DNA of 64,000 bases, taken from positions 7,813 through 71,812 of the IMG/VR virus record IMGVR_UViG_3300011113_000644; one strand, given 5' to 3'. The stretch comes from a virus. A program made the position numbers and the translations under genes. Numbering within the stretch: the first letter of the stretch is position 1; each line of letters opens with the position of its first letter. This document shows positions 19,607 through 27,813 of the stretch, piece by piece. The notes under the pieces were generated by a model. It was not told the DNA's origin. It was given only the letters and a program-made list of their open reading frames with translations, and made no database searches.

Positions 19607-22405
19607 TTATTTAATAAATTTTTCCCATCCTTCTTCCGCAAAATCGTAAATGTGATTTGGATTCCCATTTATTGATTCCCAAAATTTCATTTCTTGGTCA
19701 GTGATTGTTAGTAAGTCCTCAATACTATCTTGGTCTTCAGGTTCAAATGGAACACCATTGATTAGTTTACATTGTTCTTTAGTAAAGATACCTCTTTTAT
19801 TTGGGTCATCAACAATTAGGTTATTTCTAACTTCTTCACCAAACACAATCAACAAAGGTTCAATACGTTTGTTAAATGTTACTACGGCTCTTGGGACATT
19901 GTATTCTCCCAACATATTTGGGTTATTTTCAACTTCAGTTGGGTCTAAACGATAACAATTAAGTTGTATAAATGACTCCATACTGTTGTCTAATACTTTA
20001 CCGTAGTTATTAAAGTACGTGTCTATGTGGTCTTGTTTCCATCCCGCTTTTGGTCTATTTACTTTTTGAACATCCCCGTGAGATGCTTTAACACCATTAT
20101 TTACATACATAATTACATCCCCAAGATTTACAGCAATACCATCACGAATTGCAAGTTCAATGTGAGCCATACGTGACATTTCATTCCCCGCCTTTGTCTT
20201 TTCTTTTGAACGTTTACGGTAATCATCCATAGACAATTTAACCTTTGCTCTTTGGGCTATCTTCATAAGCGGAATTTGTTTATTATAAATCTTTTCCACG
20301 TATTCATAGTACCACTCAACAAATGATTGACCATCACCTTCTAACAACATCTTAATTCCTTTATCCAAGAAATCCTCAATATATAAAGGTAGTTTCTTAC
20401 TCTTGATGGAATTACCTGTAAGTTTAATCTTTCCGTTGTGTTCCATTGTTGCGTAGTTCTTACGAGCAATGTTCATACAGGATTTCCAAGTTCCATCACA
20501 ATCAAGACCCATAGCACCTTTCATAAACATATCGTTAAACTCAGCAACATCAGCATCATAACCTTTATATTCCTTACCTTCTTTAACCAACCAATTATTA
20601 CCCTTACCGATATATACTCTATCATCTACACCACTTTCAGGTAAAGAGAAGTTCATACCATCCGTATCACATACAAGCGGTGTATAACCTTTCTCCATAA
20701 AAAAATTCAACATCAACCTCAAATACTGACGACCAGTACAAGTAATCATTTGACCCTTATCCATATCACCCCAATGGAAAACCTGAGGTGCAGACAAAGC
20801 CCCAAAAAGTGAGTTAATGAAAATCTTAATCGGTAATTGTTTACGGTCATAAGATGTTGCTTGTTTTTTGTCAATATCCTGATATTCCTTGGCTAAGTTT
20901 TTATACTTGATACGAGTGTTACGGAAGTAATTTAACATTCCTTTCATTGCACCTGTAATATCGCAGGTTGGGAATACATCGTGAACTAATTGAATAGAAG
21001 GGTATAGTGACGAGAAGTCAAGTTTCAATACGTCGGTTGAGAATCCAACCTTTAGTAGTCGTGACAAACCTCCAACAAACTCTGTCTTTTCATTCTTAGC
21101 AGGTATTGCTAACTTATGTTTATAGGACCACGCTCTCATTTGGATTTCCCACAATGTTGCAGTTCCCATAGTGGAAACTCTTTCATATGTTGTTGGAACC
21201 AAAGATGCAAGTAGAAATGAGCCCTGATTGAATTCTTCATCCACTGTTAGAGTTTCCTCCAAGTCATCGTCAAGATACCTCTCAACCAAATCATCACCTG
21301 TTGTTTTAATATATACGTTTGAGTGTTTTGAACACGCTTCGTCAATTGTGGGGTCAATCCCCACTTTCTTATACTTACCATTCTGAATATTTAACCAATA
21401 TTCTTCTTTCTTCGCATAAAACGGACCAATGTCTGTATGGTCAATATATACACGGTCAGGAGCCTCAGCTTTGATATATTGTGTTATATACTTCAAACCC
21501 GCAGATTTAATAGATGAGTTAATTGCCTGAGCTCGTCTAACAGCATGTAATGTGTCTACAACATTGTAACCCCACATTGAGGTTTGGTTAAACCTTTCAA
21601 CCTCGTTTGCCAACTTCAACATACTTTCAGATTGTTTGATTGGATTAGCAGGATTTAAGGTTTTTGCAATCTTTTTAATATCTAACTTTAATGCTTTGGC
21701 TCTTTCAAATATCCAAAACCAGTCAAAGTTAAACCCGTTGTAAGATGCAATAATACTTGGTTTTAGTTCATCTATTGTGTTGAAAAATTTGATGATACCC
21801 TCTCTTTCTTGTTCTTCAGTTGAACACTCAATTACTTGACTAAAACCTTTATTAGTTTTCATTCCTATCATAAAGATACGACCATCCTTTGGTTCTAATG
21901 CGGTCGTCTCTAAGTCAAATACAAACCTCGTGATACTATTATAATCATCAAATCCTTTGAACAATCGTTTTTCTTTAGTAACCAAAAATTGTTCAACAGG
22001 AGGTAAGATTAGGATTAATCCTTTTGTTTTTTCACCCCAAGGGTCAACACCACCATCTCTAAAAAATTGTATTAATGAACGATACCCATTTAAGGATTTA
22101 ACCATATAAGTCAATCCTTTCTCTAATCTTTCATTACCATCAGTACGTAATTTTTCAATGACAATTTTATGTTTTGTCATTGCTTCTTTTTGTAATGCTT
22201 TTGAGGATTGGTAAAAATTTAATCCACGTAAATCACCAACCCACGCAAATGGGACAAAGGTGTCTTTTTTAATTTGTTTTCCGTGAATTGGGTGTTCGAT
22301 TATTTTCCAAACACAATCTTTGACATAATCGTATTCAACACCGATTATATATTTTTCATCATCATTTCCCTGTAGGAAATTTTCAATTTCTTCATTAGAT
22401 ATCAT
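19607..22405 (-). CDS. Family B DNA polymerase
   Basis: Exonuclease FDLET and YNGFNFD; polymerase motifs DFSSLYPS, KIFINSLFG, DTDG. Confidence 0.95.
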   Translation of the reverse strand: MISNEEIENFLQGNDDEKYIIGVEYDYVKDCVWKIIEHPIHGKQIKKDTFVPFAWVGDLRGLNFYQSSKALQKEAMTKHKIVIEKLRTDGNERLEKGLTYMVKSLNGYRSLIQFFRDGGVDPWGEKTKGLILILPPVEQFLVTKEKRLFKGFDDYNSITRFVFDLETTALEPKDGRIFMIGMKTNKGFSQVIECSTEEQEREGIIKFFNTIDELKPSIIASYNGFNFDWFWIFERAKALKLDIKKIAKTLNPANPIKQSESMLKLANEVERFNQTSMWGYNVVDTLHAVRRAQAINSSIKSAGLKYITQYIKAEAPDRVYIDHTDIGPFYAKKEEYWLNIQNGKYKKVGIDPTIDEACSKHSNVYIKTTGDDLVERYLDDDLEETLTVDEEFNQGSFLLASLVPTTYERVSTMGTATLWEIQMRAWSYKHKLAIPAKNEKTEFVGGLSRLLKVGFSTDVLKLDFSSLYPSIQLVHDVFPTCDITGAMKGMLNYFRNTRIKYKNLAKEYQDIDKKQATSYDRKQLPIKIFINSLFGALSAPQVFHWGDMDKGQMITCTGRQYLRLMLNFFMEKGYTPLVCDTDGMNFSLPESGVDDRVYIGKGNNWLVKEGKEYKGYDADVAEFNDMFMKGAMGLDCDGTWKSCMNIARKNYATMEHNGKIKLTGNSIKSKKLPLYIEDFLDKGIKMLLEGDGQSFVEWYYEYVEKIYNKQIPLMKIAQRAKVKLSMDDYRKRSKEKTKAGNEMSRMAHIELAIRDGIAVNLGDVIMYVNNGVKASHGDVQKVNRPKAGWKQDHIDTYFNNYGKVLDNSMESFIQLNCYRLDPTEVENNPNMLGEYNVPRAVVTFNKRIEPLLIVFGEEVRNNLIVDDPNKRGIFTKEQCKLINGVPFEPEDQDSIEDLLTITDQEMKFWESINGNPNHIYDFAEEGWEKFIK

Positions 22406-22418
22406 AAATTAAACTTTT

Positions 22419-22456
22419 GGTGTATTAGCTTCCGCAGTTATAGGTCGGAGTTTACC
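22419..22456 (-). promoter_or_regulatory. GC-richer structured 5' leader of DNA polymerase
   Basis: GGT-AAAC-TCCG-ACCTATAACTG-CGGA-AGCTAATAC-ACC: nested pairings between the promoter and the ATG. Confidence 0.4.
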
Positions 22457-22468
22457 TTATATAAGTTA

Positions 22469-22497
22469 AGTTTAATTTAATAAAATATAAAAGTCAA
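22469..22497 (-). promoter_or_regulatory. Sigma70-like promoter for DNA polymerase
   Basis: TTGACT-N17-TAAACT on the minus strand. Confidence 0.55.
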
Positions 22498-22498
22498 A

Positions 22499-25400
22499 TT
22501 AAGCATTAACTAAGGTATATTGAGTACCCTGTGATGTTATATCTTGGTTTAAAATATATCCTTGACTTCCATTGAATACTATTGAGGTCTCAGTGGATAA
22601 TGTGACTTGTCCATTATTAGTTAACTGATTATTTGTTTTGAATATTACAGGATATGTTTGTGTCAAATCAAAGATGAAAATACCAAAACCGTTACCAACA
22701 GAAGCATTTCCGACGTAGTTAATCCTTACCCACATTTCATCTCCAGCTTGACCGTTAGTGTTTAAATCCTGTCCAAGAATTGTAAAACTTGTTACACCAT
22801 AAAGAGTGGGGTTAGTAATTAAGGTAAGGTTTGCAATACCTGTAACGGCATTTACCTGATAAACTACTAATTGTGTTGCTATCCCTGAAATAGTAAAATA
22901 AAGATATTCGACTCCATTAATAACCCTCAAAATTGGGACATGATTAAGCAATGTTTTGAAAAGATTACTACCTGGTCTATTAACATACCCGCCATTCGCT
23001 GTTGTAGGCCTTTGAGCCGCGCTTGTATAATCCCAACTACACGCATTAAAATAACCATATCCACCGATAGTAGAAGGGATACAATATATTCTATCAGAAA
23101 TTAAACTTCTTAAAGTAATAGCCGAGCCAATCATAGTCCAAGAATATAGAGTATTTGTATTAACATTTCTGGCATAAAAAGTAGTATTTTGTATGTTACC
23201 GTAAAAAATGTATGTTGCCGTTGGGCAGTTGTAAATTACTGCACTTATTGGATTTGGATTATTGGACCCTGAAGACCATGTCCAATTAAGTCCTAACGAT
23301 AGGGAAGTTATATTTGATGGAAAAGAAGTCATATCTACAGTATAACCAAAACCTTGTATGTTATTAACTAATGTCATAACATTATTTTGAATGCTTATAC
23401 CTCCATTGTAGAATGACCCATAACTGGCGAATGTAAATGGTGATTTATTGGGTATTGGCAAATCATAAACTACCTGATTAGTTAATAAGCTTACAAACCT
23501 CAAGACATAAGATTGTGTACCTGTTGAATTATTACTTACTGAAACCATCGAAATTAAAAATCCTTGGTATTGTATCTGAGCAATTGGACTATTTGTTGCA
23601 ATAATTGAGTATGTTGACGGGTTCGCAACACCAATTCTTGATGTTTGACCTTCAAAATAACCATATGGAATTGTCGGTGAAGGTGTTATCGTCGGTGTTA
23701 TAGTTTTTGTTGGTGTAATTGAAGGTGTTTGAGTTATTGTAGGTGTTGCGGTTCTTGAAGGAACTGGAGGGAAACAAAATGAGTATGATTCTCCTTGAGT
23801 GATTACAAAGTTTCCAAATACTGAGGTAACCTCTACATCTAATCTTGCCATGTATTGTTCAGGAGCATTAACATTAACATTTGTAACTACAACTGAAATA
23901 AACCCATCCCTTCCTGCGGATGCTTCCATTATTGTGATAGTTGTACCCACTGGGATACGTTGGAATGAATCAGTGACTCCAAAACCAAGTACAATACTGC
24001 CTGATTCACCAACAGTTGGTGGTGGGAATGAACCGGCGTCAAACCCTGTACTATCTTTTGTAAAATTAAAGTCAGGTGATAAGTTTACACCACTACACAA
24101 ACCAGTAATTGTTGGAGTTGGTGTGGTTGTTAGGGTTGGAGTAACAGTTGGTGTTACGGTTGAAGTTGGTGTAATTGTTGGAGTTACAGTTGAAGTTGGA
24201 GTTACAGTTGAAGTCACGGTCGAAGTTGGAGAAACAGTTGGTGTTATTGTACTTGTTGGTGATTGAGTTTGTGTTGGTGTTACCGTATTTGTTGGTGATT
24301 GAGTTTGTGTCGGAGTAACTGTACTTGTCGGAGTAACTGTACTTGTTGGTGTAACTGTTGATGTAGGTGTCTGTGTGGCCGTTGGGGTGATTGTGGAGGT
24401 TGGTGTAACTGTTGAAGTTACAGTTGAAGTTGGAGAAACAGTTGGAGAAACAGTTGAAGTTGGAGAAACAGTTGGTGTTACTGTACTTGTTGATGTTTGA
24501 GTTTGTGTTGGACTAACAGTTGGAGTAACGGTCGAAGTTGGGGTTTGAGTTGGGGTTTGAGTTGGGGTTTGAGTTGGTGTGTCAGTCACTGTTGCGGTAG
24601 GAGTTTGACTGACAGTTATTAATGAACATATTGCAAAAAATTCTCCACCTATACTTCCTCCTTCAGGACTTATTGAACCCTCACCCTGAAATGAATATAT
24701 TGTTAACCCATCAAGATTTATGATTTGTTTATCCGTAACAAAAAATGATGCTGTTGTAACAAAGTCTGCGAATTGTAAAGTAATTGTAGAGTATCCTATA
24801 ACGACTGAATCATAAAATGATTGGTCACCTCCATTATTAATGTCAAACCTTTCATATGGAGGACCACCATTAAAAAACCCATAATTTACTTGTGTTGGTT
24901 CACCATATGTCAATCTAAAAGTACTACAAAGTGGTGTTAAAGTGGCGGTTGGTGTTACTGTCGATGTTACCGTGGCAGTTGGTGTAACTGTGGATGTTGG
25001 CGTTTCAGTTGATGTAACCGTACTTGTAGGGGTAACAGTTGAAGTTACAGTTGATGTTGGGGTTTCAGTTGGGGTGACTGTCATTGTTGGGGTTTCACTT
25101 GAATTTGGTGTTTGTGTTGTCGTAGGGGTGTTTGTCGGGCTTTCTGTAATACTTGGTGTTACTGTTGGAGTTGGAGTACTTGTCGGTGTCTCGGTAGAGG
25201 TTGGGGTAATCGTACTTGTTGGAGTTACAGTACTTGTTGGAGTTACAGTACTAGTAGGAGTAACTGTCGATGTTGGAGTTTCTGTCTGAGTAGCAGTTGG
25301 TGTGACTGTAGAGGTTGGAGTAGGTGTGGCAGTTGATGTAATCGTGGGGGTCGGAGTTAACGATTCGTCAGGAGTTTCAGGTGGCGTCTCAGTCACTGTT

Positions 25401-27433
25401 GGAGTCAATGTTGATGTCGGAGTTTCTGTCGGTGTTAATGTTGATGTCGGAGTTAAAGTAATTGATGGACTAACCGATTGAGTTGGAGTAACCGTTTGTG
25501 AATTTGTCGGAGAAACTGTAAGAGAGGGTGTTTGTGTCGGTGTTTCAGTTGGGGTTGGAGTAACTGTATTAGTTGGGGTAGATGAAGCCTCTGGACTTTC
25601 ATCAGGAGTTCGAGTAATAGTTGGGGTAATTGAAGTAGTCGGTGTGTTAGTCGGAGTTGGAGTGGTAGTTGGGGTTTCAGTTTGACTTGGAGTTTGACTC
25701 GGAGTCTGAGTTTGAGTGGGCGTTTGGGTTGGAGTTTCAGTAGGTGTGGGCGTTTGGGTTAATGAAGCGGTGACGGAGGCTTCTGGAGTTTCAGACACTT
25801 GAGGTGTATTCGTTATTGATGAAGTAATTGTAGGTGTGGTGGTCGTGGTAGGAGTTTGAGTACTTGTTGGGGTAATTGTTGGTGTTTCAGTTTGACTTGG
25901 AGTATTTGTAGGCGTTTCAGTTGGTGTGGGTGTTTGGGTATTAGTTGCAGTAGAAGAAGGGTTTGGAGTTTCTGATTGGGTAACTGTATGTGATGGCGTA
26001 TTAGTTATTGTTGGGGTATTAGTGGGTGATGGAGTATTTGTGGGAGTTTCAGTTTGAGTAGGTGTATTTGTGGGAGTTTCAGTTTGAGTAGGTGTATTAG
26101 TCGGAGTTTCAGTAGGTGTTGGAGTTTGTGTTAATGATGCCGTTATAGATGGTTCAGGTGTTTCGGACGCCTGAGGTGTATTTGTTATTGATGAAGTGAC
26201 AGTTGATGTAACACTTTGTGTAGGTGTTACGGTTGCCGTTGGTGTGGCAGTTGGTGTTTCAGTTTGAGTAGGTGTATTAGTCGGAGTTTCTGTTGGTGTC
26301 GGAGTCTGTGTGTTTGTTGCGGTTACAGAGGGGTCTGGAGTTTCTGATTGAGTAACTGTATGTGATGGTGTATTAGTTATTGTTGGCGTTATAGTTGGGG
26401 TTGGTGTGCTTGTGGGTGTTTCAGTTTGACTTGGAGTATTTGTAGGCGTTTCAGTTGGTGTTGGGGTATTTGTAGGTGTCTGTGTTGATGTAGGTGTCTG
26501 TGTGTTTGTTGCGGTGAAGGATGGCTCTGGTGTTTCAGAAGCTTCAGGTGTTTTAGTTACCGATAAACTAATTGTTGGAGTCTTAGTTATTGTTGGTGTA
26601 TTAGTTTGAGTCGGTGTTTGAGTCGGTGTCTCGGTTTGACTGGGTGTATTTGTTGGAGTTTCTGTTGGGGTCGGAGTCTGTGTATTTGTTGCAGTTACAG
26701 AAGGGTCCGGAGTTTCTGATGGGTTAGGGGTTAACGTTGACGTTTTTGTTATAGTTGGAGTATTTGTTTGAGTTGGTGTTTGAGTTGGTGTTTGGGAATT
26801 TGTTGGACTATGAGTGGGTGTATATGTTACGGACGGAGTAGGCGATTTTGTGGCGGTAGGGGTTCGAGTTGTAGTTTTTGTTGGAGTATTAGTTGGGGTT
26901 TCTGATGGAGTTAGTGATATTGTTGGGGTGTTTGTTGGACTTAAACTTATAGTTGGGGTGTTTGTTGGGGTAACAGTCGGGGTTGGGGTTTGACTTCTTG
27001 GAGGGACCGAAACCTCATCGACACAACAAGGCTGTTCTGTGGTCGAACCTGTCGTGGGTCCATACCCATCTAAAGAGAAAGATTCGGTAAAAGTAACCAA
27101 ATTTTTATCGTTCAAATCTAATTTTACATTACCTTGACTTGATGTTATTTCAAATACTAATTCATAAGACCCAATTACAGAAGTTTGATTTTTAGAAAAT
27201 TGATATTCAATTATATAGATTAATTCTGATGAGTTAAGGGGGTTGGTCTGAGAAACAATACTACAAGTTAGATTTGAAAGGTAAATCAAACCATTGTCGA
27301 CATTAATTAAACTCAGTTTTACAACATCAGTTGTTGACAAATTCTGTAATAAGTTGTAGCTACTGCGGCCGTCTTTAACTACCTCTATTTGTATTTTAGA
27401 TAATGTTGAATTTTGACTTATTATAAACTCCAT
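22499..27433 (-). CDS. Mucin-like Thr/Pro-rich virion fibre protein (1644 aa) with BppU-like N-terminal domain
   Basis: N-terminus paralogous to the upstream small gene; three T/P/S tracts separated by ~110-aa globular domains; beta-rich ~390-aa C-terminal domain. Confidence 0.75.
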   Translation of the reverse strand: MEFIISQNSTLSKIQIEVVKDGRSSYNLLQNLSTTDVVKLSLINVDNGLIYLSNLTCSIVSQTNPLNSSELIYIIEYQFSKNQTSVIGSYELVFEITSSQGNVKLDLNDKNLVTFTESFSLDGYGPTTGSTTEQPCCVDEVSVPPRSQTPTPTVTPTNTPTISLSPTNTPTISLTPSETPTNTPTKTTTRTPTATKSPTPSVTYTPTHSPTNSQTPTQTPTQTNTPTITKTSTLTPNPSETPDPSVTATNTQTPTPTETPTNTPSQTETPTQTPTQTNTPTITKTPTISLSVTKTPEASETPEPSFTATNTQTPTSTQTPTNTPTPTETPTNTPSQTETPTSTPTPTITPTITNTPSHTVTQSETPDPSVTATNTQTPTPTETPTNTPTQTETPTATPTATVTPTQSVTSTVTSSITNTPQASETPEPSITASLTQTPTPTETPTNTPTQTETPTNTPTQTETPTNTPSPTNTPTITNTPSHTVTQSETPNPSSTATNTQTPTPTETPTNTPSQTETPTITPTSTQTPTTTTTPTITSSITNTPQVSETPEASVTASLTQTPTPTETPTQTPTQTQTPSQTPSQTETPTTTPTPTNTPTTSITPTITRTPDESPEASSTPTNTVTPTPTETPTQTPSLTVSPTNSQTVTPTQSVSPSITLTPTSTLTPTETPTSTLTPTVTETPPETPDESLTPTPTITSTATPTPTSTVTPTATQTETPTSTVTPTSTVTPTSTVTPTSTITPTSTETPTSTPTPTVTPSITESPTNTPTTTQTPNSSETPTMTVTPTETPTSTVTSTVTPTSTVTSTETPTSTVTPTATVTSTVTPTATLTPLCSTFRLTYGEPTQVNYGFFNGGPPYERFDINNGGDQSFYDSVVIGYSTITLQFADFVTTASFFVTDKQIINLDGLTIYSFQGEGSISPEGGSIGGEFFAICSLITVSQTPTATVTDTPTQTPTQTPTQTPTSTVTPTVSPTQTQTSTSTVTPTVSPTSTVSPTVSPTSTVTSTVTPTSTITPTATQTPTSTVTPTSTVTPTSTVTPTQTQSPTNTVTPTQTQSPTSTITPTVSPTSTVTSTVTPTSTVTPTITPTSTVTPTVTPTLTTTPTPTITGLCSGVNLSPDFNFTKDSTGFDAGSFPPPTVGESGSIVLGFGVTDSFQRIPVGTTITIMEASAGRDGFISVVVTNVNVNAPEQYMARLDVEVTSVFGNFVITQGESYSFCFPPVPSRTATPTITQTPSITPTKTITPTITPSPTIPYGYFEGQTSRIGVANPSTYSIIATNSPIAQIQYQGFLISMVSVSNNSTGTQSYVLRFVSLLTNQVVYDLPIPNKSPFTFASYGSFYNGGISIQNNVMTLVNNIQGFGYTVDMTSFPSNITSLSLGLNWTWSSGSNNPNPISAVIYNCPTATYIFYGNIQNTTFYARNVNTNTLYSWTMIGSAITLRSLISDRIYCIPSTIGGYGYFNACSWDYTSAAQRPTTANGGYVNRPGSNLFKTLLNHVPILRVINGVEYLYFTISGIATQLVVYQVNAVTGIANLTLITNPTLYGVTSFTILGQDLNTNGQAGDEMWVRINYVGNASVGNGFGIFIFDLTQTYPVIFKTNNQLTNNGQVTLSTETSIVFNGSQGYILNQDITSQGTQYTLVNA
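24108..24612 (-). repeat. Coding low-complexity repeat (STVTPT/TQTP)
   Basis: Includes exact 12-nt tandem GTTGGGGTTTGA x3 at 24537-24572; boundaries approximate. Confidence 0.8.
24935..26995 (-). repeat. Coding Thr/Pro repeat tract with higher-order units
   Basis: TETP/TNTP/PTVT units; 30-nt tandem duplication near 26034-26098; blocks recurring at a 372-nt offset; boundaries approximate. Confidence 0.85.
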
Positions 27434-27786
27434 CAGTTAGTTACGTTAATATATAATTTTTCCCTATGTGGTAAAATATAATCACCATCGTCAGTAATTA
27501 AAGTAAATTCCGCTTCAAATTTTCCTATTTGACGAGTGTCAAATGGAGAAAACTTATAATATATGTAATACTCCAATTTAGAATTTGGCTCAACAAACAC
27601 TTTTTCCACAAATCCTCCCTTTTTATTAAGTATCACTTGCCTACCATCCAAAGTATCTTTCATAGAAAAATAAATCAATGAATTCTCAATAATTTCAGAA
27701 AAGTTATCTAACGAAGACTCACCGTCTTTAACAATCTGCATTTTCAAAAGTGGAAGCGTAGCGTTTTTTTTAATAAAAAATTCCAT
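27433..27786 (-). CDS. BppU-like small structural/adaptor protein
   Basis: From ATG 27786: MEFFIKKNATLPLLKMQIVKDG...IYYKF...DT...GKFEAEF; TATTTAT motif 5 nt upstream. Confidence 0.55.
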   Translation of the reverse strand: MEFFIKKNATLPLLKMQIVKDGESSLDNFSEIIENSLIYFSMKDTLDGRQVILNKKGGFVEKVFVEPNSKLEYYIYYKFSPFDTRQIGKFEAEFTLITDDGDYILPHREKLYINVTN

Positions 27787-27813
27787 ATTAAATAAATACG
27801 CCAAAAAGTATTA

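Noticed and set aside
19570-19668. Longer ORF-track starts (19668, also 27804, 17387, 46951)
   Set aside because: They overlap upstream genes or the TATTTAT motif; downstream ATGs give cleaner domain starts.
19607-22405. Intein or intron in the polymerase, and the unusual CDTDG motif C
   Set aside because: ORF is continuous at normal length with no splice-junction motifs seen; catalytic DTD is intact.
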